NCBI RefSeq assembly: GCF_009834535.1
Contig: NC_045698.1
Location: 10,294,001 to 10,358,000, forward strand
Direction: 5' to 3'
Length of the DNA: 64,000 nt
Source of the DNA: Camelus ferus
Taxonomy: Eukaryota
Part shown: positions 24,873 through 37,230 of the stretch, in pieces
Numbering within the stretch: the first letter of the stretch is position 1
How the letters are laid out: the number at the start of each line of letters is the position of its first letter
Notes under the pieces: model-generated
The model's database searches: none
The model's input: only the letters and a program-made list of their open reading frames with translations
What the model was told of the DNA's origin: nothing
Program-made: the position numbers and the translations under genes

Positions 24873-27189
24873 TACCAAAGAATCAGTTTCGCTCCCTCCC
24901 CTCCCTTCCTCTTCGGTGTATAGAAGTGAGCCTTGTGAAAACGGTTTCATGATTTCAGTGGTATTTGGGGGTAGTATTTGCTGAAACAGAGGAATTCTGT
25001 GCCTTGTCCCATCCTGTCCCACAAGCCGAGTCACTGAGCTAAGGCCTCACTGTTGAGTCAGAGAGGAGGCTGCGAGCTGACACCCCAGGTGGGAGGCAGA
25101 CACCCTGCGGCTCAGGTGGCATCCGGGCCCCAGGGCAGGAGGGACGCGGGGCCCAGGCTTCTGGAGGCCCAGCGAGCCGACAGTGCCGGGGGGCCAGACC
25201 AGCGGCGGAGCAGAGGCGGGAGTGGGGTCGACCCCCGTGTACTAGGTGTGTCCCATCCGGGACGTGCCGACTCTGCATCAGGCTGCCATCGTCAGTGTTG
25301 TCATGTTTTGTTGGAATTGCAGTGTTTTTCTAGTGGGATTTTTTTAAACGTGTGTTTTGTTTTCTCAACAAATTTAAAAGAAAAGATACTAACTAGTTTG
25401 TGCTGGCTTTATGAGAACTTATCTCTTGAAAGTGTAGTGTAACTAAAACTAGAGGCCACCATTGGCCCCAGCACTCTGGCCCAGTTTCTCAGTGTCCCCA
25501 GAGGCCAGCTTGCCGTCCAGTGTGCCAGACACCTCCTTCGGCGACACCGATTCAGTGTTTGAGGTGGAATTGGCTCCTTTACCTTTCTTCCCATCAGTAC
25601 TTCTGTTTAGATTACAGTGAAGAGAAGGCAGTCTTCCTTGGATGTACATTTCCTTACGTTATTCGGCACCACTGAATGAGTGTAAAATACCGAGGCAGCA
25701 TGTTTTCTAAGACGCAGCAGCTTAACATACAGTGTCCCTTTCCGCATTCCTTAAATTAAGTTTTCACCCATGAATTAACTAGCTCCTGGCTGACCCCTAG
25801 GCAGGTGTGTCCCAGAGGTTCCGTGGCTCAGGGATGAGGGGGCGCAGCCTCGGGGAAGCGTGTGTGTGAAGATGGAATTGAGATTTTGAGAGAATGCTTT
25901 TTCATTTTCTTTTCCAGCAGAAGACATGCGGTGGCAAAGGTCCACTTTTTGATAAATGTCTGTCTTTGGACAGGAGTCAGGGTGGGAGGGCCACAGTGGC
26001 CCAGTGCTGCTGAAGGTGGGTGTTCTCTTTTGGGAGCAGGTGGCAAGTCATCTGCCTCTACCCAGCCCCTTGCATGTGGAAGGCAGGTGACCATGAAGTG
26101 AGTGAAACTGTTTCAGCCAGAAAAGCCCACCTACTGGACACCATATCATGGATATTTTTGTTAAATATTTTGACTTGATAAAAATACCGTACTCTTGTTT
26201 TGGTAAAATATTTGTTACTGCTCAGTGCAGCCTAACTGGTACATATTTGATTTCTTACAGCAAAACTTGCCTCTTCAGTTGATTTGAGGAGGTTAGTGGA
26301 CTGAAGGTAATTGAATTTGTGTGGAGCATTGAGCTCACCCAGCGCCCTGCTGCACCCTCTGTCTTCTGGCCCCCTGATAACTTCTTGAGGGCGGAGTTGG
26401 TAGTCTGAGGATCCCCGTTGTAACAGAGTCCTAGAGAAATTCAGAGATCTCTTAGGTCACTGCTTCATCAAAGCGTCTCTTAAATCCGTAATACTATTAC
26501 TACTATACAGTAGGACTTACAGAGGTTGGAGGGTTTTTCGTGGGAAATATTAGAGCAAATTGGGAGATTCCTCATGGTCATAACGCTGTCATACTTCCTG
26601 TTATTTATAACTGCAGCAACCGTGTTCATGAGAACTTAGGGAAAGCAAAAACAAAACAAAACGCAAAACAAGAGTATGTTATTGACTGGACCCCTTCTAG
26701 GTGGCATAAAGCATCAGTCCGTGTTTGGTGGGTCGATGAGTGGCATTTTTCAAGTTGAACTGCAGAGTCCGTGTGAGGGGGCTGGGAGGCTTCCTGATAC
26801 CAGCCTGACCTCACGCGCAGTTTGCCCGTGTTGCGCAGGGCATCACCTTCGTCACCTGGGGTCTCTTTTCCCTAATCAGTAAGAGCAATGAGGCCTCTGT
26901 CTAAAATGTCTTTAAAATTCTTGGATTGTATGAAATTTGACGTCTTACAAAAATGGGTAAAAAACATAACATGGATTGACAAACATTTTAACATTTTTAG
27001 TGAAATTAACTCTTCGGACCACAAGTAACTCAACCAAAACTAAGTTCTTTGCCAGCACTCCGCTTATTTTTAAATTTGCCTGCCCTGTTGAGAATAGTTA
27101 CTGACCTGATAAGAGCCGTCTGGTGAGACTGTTTTCAACTAAATGTACATTTAACAATGAAAGAACTTTTAGAAGGTTAGCTTGTATTT

Positions 27190-27945
27190 GCCATCATTAG
27201 TCCTTAGGGAATTGCTACTTAAAACCATGGTGAGATACCTCTCATTTCGAATGTTTGCAGTTGAAGAGACCGACCTTATAGGGGATGGGTGGGGACGTGG
27301 AAGGACTGGAACTCTCACGTGCTGTGGGGGCGGGGAGGGACGTGAAATGGTACAGCCACTTTGGAAAACAGTTTGGCAGTTTGTTAAAAAGTTAAAACAT
27401 ACACCTGCCACATGATCCAACCACTCCGCACCGAGGTCTCTACCTATAAGAACGGAAGGAACCGGTGCACACGAGGACTGTGTGCCAGCGCTCACAGCTG
27501 CTGTGTTTGTGATGGCCCCAGACTGGAAACAGCCCACATGTCCTCAATGTCTGAGTGGGTACATTGTGGCATCAGCACAGTGCAGAACTGCTCAGTAATG
27601 AAAAGGGAGGAACTGTGGATCCACACTGTCATATGGATGAAATCTCAAAATAATTATGCTGGAAGAAAGAAGCTAGACAATAGAGCACATAGTGTATGAT
27701 TCCATGTTTATACTTCTTTAAGAAAATGCAAGCCAGTCTACAGTGGCAGGAAGCAGGTCGGTGACAGCCCAGGACAGGAGGCAGGGAGAGTTACCGAGGG
27801 CACCAGAAGACTTTGGGGATGGCAGAGCTATTCACGGTCCTGGTAGCCTTGATCTTTCATAGGTTTACACATGTGTCAAAATCTACTGAATTGTGTACTT
27901 TCCATTTCTGCAGTTCATTGTGTGTCAGTCATGCCTCAGTACAGC
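27190..27945 (+). mobile_element. Old L1M (L1MB/ME-like) ORF2 end and 3' UTR
   Basis: aaatggtacagccactttggaaaacagtttggcagttt...atggatgaaatctcaaaataattatgct...gtttacacatgtgtcaaaa. Confidence 0.8.
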
Positions 27946-28902
27946 GGTTGTGCCGTGCTAGCCACGATGCCAGCGTGGCCGGGCCGGGTCGGGGCTGGTG
28001 CCTTCCCCACCCCCACAGCTGGGGCAGCTGTCTGCAATGGACACGTGAGATACAGGAGGTGATTCTTCCATCCCCGAGGAAGTGGGAAGCATTTTCTCCA
28101 GACACCAACCACTTCCAAGCCACCAGGGCCCACTCAGTCTAATTAATTGTCCTTTTCACTACATGGCTCCCCAGAGATCTGGAGGAGGCAGTGGGCTTCC
28201 CAGCGGCAAGCGAGGTGCTCTGTTCCCACCAGGCTGAAAGCAGCTCTTGTTCCAAGTTGTCCTTACCCGCCTACGTCCCCAGACACATTGCTGATGGTCA
28301 TGGCTGTGAAGGTGCTCAGGTGTCTTCGGGAAGCACGCTTCTCGTTGCAGGACTGAGCAGTGGCCAGGCTGGGAGGGGACCTGGCAGAGCCACGTCTGGA
28401 CGGCGTGCCGGGCGCGGGGATAGATCTGTTCCACCACGTTACGTGCTTCCTTCTTTCCTGAGGGATGTAAAGCCCCTCTCTCTGTGCAGTGGTTTAATAA
28501 TTAATAATGGATTGTAATGCCCTTGCTAAAAATAAAACTATCCATCTGCTGAATAAGAATCCAAAGATGCGTAGAAGAAATTCTGTTACGTTTAGCAGAT
28601 GTTCCAGTTGTTGGAGGGGTCTTTTCTCCTTCCTGTTGCGCTTGGGCTGAGTCTAGGAAGGACTGGGAAGAGTCACTTCCCTTCCCTTTCCTTTCTCTCC
28701 TTTGTGACAGTCCCCTTGGGCTCTCGGCCCGTTTGTTTTTTCACCCCGTGTCCTGCTCCATCTGCGTGCGTGTTCCGCTGGCCGGCAGGCTGTGTGGGTG
28801 CCTCTGCCCGGCCCGGGTCCCCCGCTGCCTCCGTGCCGGGACCCCCACCCCCCCCATCCCGGGACACAGAGCAGGACCTGGCTCACGGCTCTCCCCCCGC
28901 AG

Positions 28903-29072
28903 CTGTGGACATGGCTGGAGGAGCTGCAGAAGGAGCTGCTGGACGACGTGTATGCCGAGTCGGTGGAGGCTGTGCAGGACCTCATCAAGCGCTTCGGCCA
29001 GCAGCAGCAGACCACCCTGCAGGTGACGGTCAACGTGATCAAGGAAGGGGAGGACCTCATCCAGCAGCTGAG
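28903..29072 (+). CDS. TRIO: TRIO coding exon (~exon 12)
   Basis: ccgcag|CTG...AG|gtgggc; 170 nt, phase 0/2; [56 protein letters not shown](R). Confidence 0.96.
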
Positions 29073-30116
29073 GTGGGCCCGTCCCTGTCCTCCCATCCGT
29101 GCCCTCCTGTCCCTGCCCGTGCTCCTGTCCGTGCCCTCCTGTCCCTACACAGATGCTCTGAGATCTGCCAGGGACTGCCCCTTCTCCTCTATTTTTCGAA
29201 CAATTAGCTATAATTCTCTGTGCAACTAGGCAGAGAACAGATGACATCCATACATGCAAAGGAGACTAGCATCTCTCTCTCTCTTTTCTTTTTTTCCCCC
29301 TCAATCTTTTTCACTCCATGATTTTTCTCATTACAGCATTGACTACTAAACCTTCCCAGAATTCAATTCTTATTAATACTCCCTCTTATCACCTACCTAA
29401 TTATTACTGAGATTTCCTAACAAACCAGGTTAATTTAAACCTCCCAGGACCACATGCTGCAGGGCCTGAGTGATCTGCTCCTCTGCAGTGAGGCTGGCCT
29501 GCCTCCTTCGGACTCCCAGCTCGGGCAGGCCTGGCCCGGCCTCCGGTGACCCTGGTCCCTCCTGCAGGTGCTGCTAGGGGCAGGATGGCAGGAGACCGCA
29601 CTGGGGCTGGAAGCAAATTCCTTTAATTGGTTACAGGGAGCGTTCACGTAAAGGTAGTCCTACAGGCTCATGCAGAGGACAGCTGATCAAATCGTCAGTC
29701 CTAACTTCGCATGATGCTCTTTGCTAAGAGGCAGAAGTCCCTTGACGAAGGCTTAGTTGACTGCATCACAGTTTAACCCTTTCCAGCCGATGCTGCTCTT
29801 TCTAAATAGTATCACCTGTCCTCTACCTAAGGACAAAAGTGGCTACAGATGAAACTCCCCTGAAATGGTTTGTGTAATTAGTAGCCTTCTTCTAAGAGGG
29901 ACTGTGAGGAAGTGCGGAAGGAATTCCTCCATGTGTCCTCAGATCGGAGGAAGAAGCCGGGGGGTTTGGCGGGAGGGGGGCTTGTTCCATTTTCTGAGAG
30001 CAGCAGTCTGGCTTCCTGCCGGCCTCTCCCCTGGAGCCCTGGGCTGCCGGATCTGGCCTCTGCCGCTGTGAGACTTGCCCATCCAATTCCTGTTTGTCCC
30101 CCGCTGCTCCTCGCAG

Positions 30117-30291
30117 GGACTCTGCCATCTCCAGTAACAAGACCCCGCACAACAGCTCCATCAGCCACATCGAGACGGTGCTGCAGCAGCTGGACGAGGC
30201 CCAGGCCCAGATGGAGGAGCTCTTCCAGGAGCGCAAGATCAAGCTGGAGCTCTTCCTGCAGCTGCGCGTGTTTGAGAGGGACGCCGTTGAT
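30117..30291 (+). CDS. TRIO: TRIO coding exon (~exon 13)
   Basis: tcgcag|GGAC...GAT|gtgagt; 175 nt, phase 2/0; [58 protein letters not shown]. Confidence 0.96.
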
Positions 30292-32829
30292 GTGAGTGTC
30301 CCTGGCACCCCACATCCCTCCGCCCCTCCCCCGTCTGGCTCCTGGGTCCTTGCCCCCTCCCCCGCCTCTGCGTGGGGAGGAGGAGGAGGAGGACAGAGGA
30401 AGGACAGAGTGGCTCTTCCCAGCTCAGCCCTGGGCTCTGGCGTTTGAAGCTGGGAGAGGCAGGTTGGGAGCAGGGCCAACACCGCACAGCAGGACAGCAA
30501 AGCCAGCGAGCTTGGTGAGTGGAGTCCAGGCGGGGCTTCTACTGACACGTCACTTCGGCTTGTTGATCCCTGATTGGACCCTGCACTGCGCTCGACTTGG
30601 CTTGGCCTGGCCGCAGAGGCACATACTCAGGGCAGAGGGGCTCTCCCCTGCCGCCCCGCCTTCCTCCCTCCCCACCTCCCTCCCAGCTCTCTCCTCCCAA
30701 GAGTGAGAGTTCCCTGAGCCTGTGGTAATAATGTTTTAGGTCCCAGAAACGTCTCCAGATGTTGTCAGTTGATCTGTGATTCTTACCTAAAAATTGACTT
30801 TTGCACCTTATTTAGGCTAGGAGAACGAAGGACAGATTTCTTTTCTTTTTCTTCAACCAAGAGAGGATGGTTTTTAATTCTCTGCCAGGCAAGGTCTTTT
30901 TTTTTTTTTTTTTTTTTAACTTGATGAGCACAAGCAGAAGTGAGTATGATTGGATGCCGCTAAATCTGTGTAGGAAACACAATGAAAGGAACCAAAACTC
31001 CCTGGGTGAGGCCAGCCTCCCAGAGCCCGTGGGCTTCATCCAGCTGCTACAGGGCCTGCTGCCCAGCCAGGTACCTCCTCCGCCCAGGTGGCCCCGTGCC
31101 TGCCGACCAGGATCTGTCGAGCACACTGTGTTCATATCTCTCACTCGTCCTGGAGGGTAGTCGGGCCCAGACCCCAGGTGCCCCCGAAGGCAGAGGATGG
31201 CAGGGCTGCTCAGCTCAGGGGACCCTCAGCCCCTCGCCCGGCTCCCTGCAGAGATTTGATGTGGGTGCAGGAGCCTCTCACAGGGGCCTTGCGTTAGCTG
31301 CTTCTGAACTGTCCAGCAACATTTTCATGAAAGAAAGACCTTCGTGGCTGTTTCATTGTTGTCACAGGTCACATGTTGCCTGGGAAAACTGCTCAGGTCC
31401 TCTGGTCTTGACCTTCCCATCCCCATGGAGCCGCGGAGAGAAGAGGTGTGCTGGTCTCAGCTCCCGGAGGCCCTGCCGCGGCCTGGGAGGCGGTCAGGGT
31501 CAGGGTGCAGCCCTGCGTGGACAAGAGAGCCAGCATGGCTGCCTTCCTCTGACCTCTGCTTCAGAGGAATTGCTTCCGCCAGCTTAGCTGCTTGTTGAAT
31601 AGTGTCAGTTAAGAAACACAAAGCAGTCAGAAGCATTATTTGAAGTTTTCCTTCCAGGACATCTTGAGATCTGGGGAAAAAAAATAAAATTGGCTTTACT
31701 TGTATTAACACTGCTGCAAAGGTGAAAAAAGAATTCATTACTGTATTTCTACTTTTATTGAACCAGTGTTTTAAAATGCAGATGAGGAACCAAAAATGTA
31801 CAGTTTCCCCACACTATAGCCACAAAATTTCATGAGGCCTTAACAGAGCCAGCACTCTTGGCCAGGGGTAAGCGCTTTCCTGAGCTGGGGAAATTAACCC
31901 TGCAGCTCAGTCCCAGGCCAGCCAAAGTACAGTCTAAAAGCTTTTACAGTGTCACAGCCTGGGAACCTCTTCTCTGGAGTAATCCTGAAAATGTGAAAAC
32001 CTGAGCTATTTAGGCTCCACTGGGATTTCCCCTCCTGTCTGGACTGATGCCCCTTGTGAGTGCACACAGAAGGCATGGAGTTACCTTTATGGGAGAAATT
32101 CATCTGTTATAGGGTCATTTTTTAAAAAATCCTCCATGTCTCTTGTATTTCAGTTGAAATAGCATTTCCATCTCTCAAGAGCAGAGTGGGATTTTCTATG
32201 GTTTAGAATATTGCAATTTCAGGCTCCAGATATTCTAAATAAAATCTGCTCTGTTGATCTACAAAGAACAACAAAAGCATTATAATGGCGTCCTATGACG
32301 GTTTAGTTGTGGAAACAGTCTTAACTGTATGTGGGTTTAGAAAGAAAAACAGACTTTCTAAAAATTTGGGGACACATTTTAAAAAATGGGTTCCTATTCA
32401 AAAAAAGACCTCCGCTTTCTTGAGCTTTGTTTTTGCCACAGACTTCGTTTCTTGGCTTGTGTGGTTATTAACAGGCAGTAATGCTAAACTTGGGGCAGAA
32501 TTCTTCCTGATGACCCTGGATCATGGCCACTGCCAGGGCTTCCTTGTGCACAGTGTGTGTGTGTTTGAATCCTGCTGCACTTAGCGCATTGATCTTTGTT
32601 TATTATCCACTTCTTGAGTGTTTTCTGAGCCTGTTGTCTCTGTGAGGCGTTGTCGCTGAGTCTGTAAGTCACCACCACACTGAACCCTCTCCTCCCTCAG
32701 CGTCAGAAAACAAACATTAAGAAAGGAAATTCCTCTTAGGATAAAGATTAAAGTTACGGTAATTTTTTTTCCTTTTAAAAATATTTTTCTTGTGGATTCT
32801 TGATTTATGTCTAATTTAGCGTTACTTAA

Positions 32830-32852
32830 AATTAATTAATTAATTAATTAAT
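32830..32852. repeat. (AATT)n self-complementary microsatellite
   Basis: aattaattaattaattaattaat. Confidence 0.85.
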
Positions 32853-33159
32853 ATAATTTAATAAATGGATGTAGGATACACACATATTATGTAGATCCCA
32901 GTAGTAAAAGAAGAAATCCGGAAGATTTGTGCAATAGAAGTTCGGAGGAGTCTTAAGATTTTTATTACTTTCATCTCCCAGCTGGATTCTGTATAAAGTC
33001 TCTCAAATTCTCAAACTAATTTGGTTACTGCTCCTGAGGACAAAGTAAATTAGAATCCATGGGAAATACTTCATTGAAGTGTGGAGAATAACACTCTTGA
33101 ACAAGAAGTTTTTTCCTTCTTTCTGGGTTTCATAATTTTTGGTCTTAACTTCCCTAACA

Positions 33160-34320
33160 TACTTTGAAAAATTTTCAAGCCCACAGAGAAGTAGCGAGAA
33201 TAGCGCAGCGGCCTTCCGCATGCCTGTCCTCCCAAGTTCAGCGAGATTTTTGCCCCTCTTACTTCAAGTATCACCTTCTGCGGTTGTGCTGTGGTGTTTT
33301 AGAGGAAATCTTTGCCAGCTTATAATATTTCACTCCTAAAGACTTTGTAAATATCTCTTTAAAAGTAGGTTATTTTCCTGTATAACCACATCATGTCCTA
33401 AGCACCTCGCTGATTTCACAGTTATTCCTATAGTATCTTGTAACACCCAGCCTCTGTTCAGGTTTCTGCAGGTGCTTCAGAGGGGCATGTGGGGTCTGCT
33501 CCTGTATTTGATGGTTAGTCTTTTCATCTAGAACTCTCTCTGTCCACCCTTCTTTATTTTTCCCCACGCCATGATTTGTTGAATTAACTGACAGTTGTCA
33601 AAGGAAGCAGGTCCCACGTTCTGTGTTTCCTCCCTCGACCTCTTTGAGGCTGTTTAACTGCTTTTCTCCTTGGCATTTCCTGTAACCTTAGAAGGTAGAT
33701 GGAAGGACCCAATTAGATTCAGGTTTGTTTTGGTACAAGAAGCCCTGCAGGTGGCACAGCATTGTTCCTCCTGTCGGGAGGCGTGTCCTGTCTGGCACCG
33801 CTTCTTCAGGGATGCTTGGGGCGGTCTGCAAGGTTAAGACCAGCAGCCTGATCCCTGTCAACGTCCCCGTCAGATCCCTGTCTCTTGTGGGCACTGGTGA
33901 TCCTTACCTGAACAAGCATTTTACTAGGATTTTTTTCATTAGAAAAAAGTTTTCTAATTTTAATATTTCTACATTCAGTAGCTAGATCTAACCAAAAAGA
34001 GGAACTTTCCTTCGTCATTTTATGCTTAAATAATTAATTTTCTCCTTTAAGGACCAGTTTTTAGAATAAAGGTTCCTTTTAATCAGAACCAAAGAGCCTT
34101 TCATTTAGTTTTTGGTTCTTTCGCTCTTCTTTTTCTTTTGACATCATTAGGAATAAATGGACTTCTGTATATTTAACGTATTTTGTTCTTTGTGGTCATT
34201 TTTTTAGTGTCTAATTGTTGCATCTTTGGCCAGTAGGAGCCCCATCAACTGGCTTCTGTGACCTTTTTGACACAGACGCATTAGTCCCTTCCCTCCTTGG
34301 CACAGTGAGATGTCACAGCA
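33160..34320 (-). mobile_element. Old L1M (L1MC4/5-like) 3' UTR relic ending ~50 nt upstream of the exon 14 acceptor
   Basis: tgaaaaattttcaagcccacagagaagtag...catctttggccagtaggagccccatcaactggcttctgtgacctttttgaca. Confidence 0.6.
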
Positions 34321-34370
34321 GATACTTATTTTTTAAGTCCTGGTCCTAAGCACATCCTTTCCTCTGTCAG

Positions 34371-34566
34371 ATCATCTCAGACCTTGAGTCTTGGAACGAT
34401 GAGCTTTCTCAGCAGATGAATGACTTTGACACAGAGGACCTCACAATAGCAGAGCAGCGCCTCCAGCACCACGCGGACAAGGCTCTGACCATGAATAACC
34501 TGACCTTCGATGTCATCCACCAAGGGCAGGACCTCCTGCAGTACGTCAATGAAGTGCAGGCCTCCG
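34371..34566 (+). CDS. TRIO: TRIO coding exon (~exon 14)
   Basis: tgtcag|ATC...TCCG|gtgagc; 196 nt, phase 0/1; [65 protein letters not shown]. Confidence 0.96.
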
Positions 34567-35382
34567 GTGAGCAGTGCGTCCCGTCCCGGGTCGGCGGCGG
34601 GGCTTTCGTGTCCTGGCAGGAGCGAGTCCAGTTTATTTCAGTGTGACGGCTGTCAGCGGTTAGTTGACTTACTCCTGTGATTCAGGTGTTATAAATACCT
34701 GCTCTTTGTTATAAATACCTGCTTTCTTTTACCCACAGAATGTGATCACGCCATGATTAGTGTACCACCCTTGATATTTTTACATGTTATCTCAAGTAGC
34801 ATGACTTTAATTTTACAAATTACATATTGTATCTCCATGAATGAGATGTAAATCCCAAGAAGATATTTTCACATCTTCTGTTTTTGTCTTAGTTAATATT
34901 TCACCAGCAGATGTCACTGCAGGCTCAAAAATGTAGAGCGCGCTGTCGGGTTAGAAGCTTTGCAACAACCTGCGTCCTGTGTTACTCATTTTACACAGGT
35001 CAAATTAAATGCTCTCTCAAGAGTGAAGGGGTACACAGTGGACAACAAAAACAAACCAGAGCTCGCTCATTTATAAAGGACCTGTCATTTTCACCAGTTA
35101 CCAATGTGGGAGTAGAAGTAGACTGATGGGAAATGGGTTCGGTTTGAGTCGCTGCATGTTCTATTTGGCTGTAGAGCACATCGAATACACCCTCTGAGAC
35201 ACTCGCATGCGGAGGCGTCAGCTCCCCTGTGCTGGCTACGCCTTCCTCGAACTTGACCTTCAAAGTAAGGGCTTAGGCCCCAGCGGGGCAGGTCATTCAG
35301 AAATGCAGAGTGTATGCCGTGCGCCACTGAAGAACAGGTTGAAATGCTAATTGAATTCAGGTCCTCCCCTCTGTGTCCACAG

Positions 35383-35549
35383 GCGTGGAGCTTCTTTGTG
35401 ACAGAGATGTAGACATGGCCACTCGGGTCCAGGACTTGCTGGAGTTTCTCCATGAAAAGCAGCAGGAACTGGATTTAGCAGCTGAGCAGCATCGGAAGCA
35501 CCTGGAGCAGTGCGTGCAGCTGCGCCACCTGCAGGCTGAAGTGAAGCAG
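35383..35549 (+). CDS. TRIO: TRIO coding exon (~exon 15)
   Basis: ccacag|GC...CAG|gtaaac; 167 nt, phase 1/0; (G)[55 protein letters not shown]. Confidence 0.96.
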
Positions 35550-35778
35550 GTAAACAGACAGCTGGATGGAGAGCCAGGCCCAAGGGGACCCAGTTGACAA
35601 GCACGTGCTGTGTGTTCTCCTGGTAATTCAGACACGTACACATTGGAGGAGATTATCCCAGGTCAGAACACAGCTGTCCTGATGCTCAGTACAACACACA
35701 GCCACAGCTAGTGGGTAAAAATCAAGCCAGTGCCTGGACCGCTGTGTGTTCATGCTGCAGTGGAAAAGCCTTCGTCAC

Positions 35779-35792
35779 CCAGCAGGGGGAGC
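35779..35792 (+). promoter_or_regulatory. CTCF-like motif
   Basis: CCAGCAGGGGGAGC, differing from the 46648 motif at one base. Confidence 0.45.
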
Positions 35793-36224
35793 ACTTGAGA
35801 GCAACCTCCATTTAGCTTATTTTGTTATTGGTGGTCTCTTGCTTCAAACCCTGAGCACATTGCTTTCTGGGCTAAATAACTGTTAAGATTTATTTTTGCA
35901 AAGTAGACTATTATCAATCTGGGCGGGATCACAGGCTGTGTATGGCTGGGGTCTTCTCGTGTCAACAGGATGCTGTACTGCCACATCCCAGACAGCAGAG
36001 CAAAATAGAAAGGGAACATTTGGAAGAGATTGTTTTTGACTCAATGCCAGTGGGATTCCGAGATTGTTGTTGGCTCAATGCCAGTGGGATTCCATGTGTA
36101 TGTATATGCAACGTGTCTGTGACATTTTATCTCATGAGCAGGAAACCATGAAAGTACAGCTTTATGAGATTCTGGTAGATGCACAGAAAAGTGTGTGTTA
36201 GTTTGATTGGAAGGGACTGAATGG

Positions 36225-36516
36225 TCGCAAAATGGCTGTCATAGCCCCAACTATCACCTCCACATTCCAGGTCTCAGGGAGGGGAAAGCTTAACAGGAAA
36301 GAGGCAGCACCCAGATCAAAAAAGAAATGTGTTCCCCGAATCCCCCAGAAGCTCCTGCTTTGATCTCAGTGGCTAGAATTGTATCGTATCTGCAACCAAG
36401 CTATCATCAGAGCTGAGAAGTGGCTTTCTTTTAAGTTCCTTCCAGAAGTTGGGATTTTCTGACTAAAAGAGATGAGGAAAATAGGTATTGGGTAGGTAAC
36501 TAGCAGGTTCTGCCAC
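36225..36516. mobile_element. MaLR LTR relic (MLT1J/K-like)
   Basis: aaaatggctg...cacctccacattccagg...tctcagtggctagaattg...tattgggtaggtaactagcaggttctgccac. Confidence 0.6.
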
Positions 36517-37110
36517 GAATGACTGACCAGAATGACCTTCTACAATCTCTGTAGCCACAGAGGAAGTTAGGATTCCAAAGTTAGGATTGACTTACCATTT
36601 TGTGATGCTGAGAATCTGGTGGTTTGACCCCAGCACTGGAGCACAGCTGAATTCATTGCTTATTACGCTGTCTTAACACTGATGCTAAAGTGGAAAATAT
36701 GTTAGTGAAATAAAATAGTTCCCTTATCAAGTAGTTTGCTAATTCTGCATGTTCATAAGGACTAAATAGGAATGAAAAGTATTTTTCTTGATTGTCAGGA
36801 AATTCTTTGCAGCAGTAAGTTTTCTAGCATGTGGTCCTCAAATCTCTTTTGACCTGTGGACTCGCAGTCAATCTACTGGACCCTCCACCTTTTTCAGCTC
36901 ACACTTGAAACTAAAAATGACAGAATTAAATTTAAAATGCAGCCCTTGTGATCAGATACCACTGGCAGGTAGCAGGCTGTTTTTGGTAGGATCATGAGGA
37001 AGCAGGACTTCACAGCTGATGTGAGTGCGCTCGGACCTCTGCACTGCTGGTCTGTAGGATGGATGCCCCGAGGAGGGGCTGATACTTGGAGCTCCCGTGT
37101 TGTGTTTCAG

Positions 37111-37230
37111 GTCCTGGGCTGGATTCGCAATGGGGAGTCGATGTTGAACGCTGGGCTCATCACGGCTAGCTCGTTGCAGGAGGCGGAGCAGCTGCAGAGG
37201 GAACACGAGCAGTTCCAGCATGCCATCGAG
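37111..37230 (+). CDS. TRIO: TRIO coding exon (~exon 16)
   Basis: tttcag|GTC...GAG|gtaagg; 120 nt; [40 protein letters not shown]. Confidence 0.96.

Noticed and set aside
28599..30706. Antisense and alternative-frame ORFs over exons 12-13 (up to 218 aa)
   Set aside because: Shadows of GC3-rich coding sequence, which lacks stops in other frames.
30982..31587. 201-aa plus-strand ORF
   Set aside because: Low-complexity G/P/S/A-rich translation with no homology I recognise; not needed for the TRIO frame.
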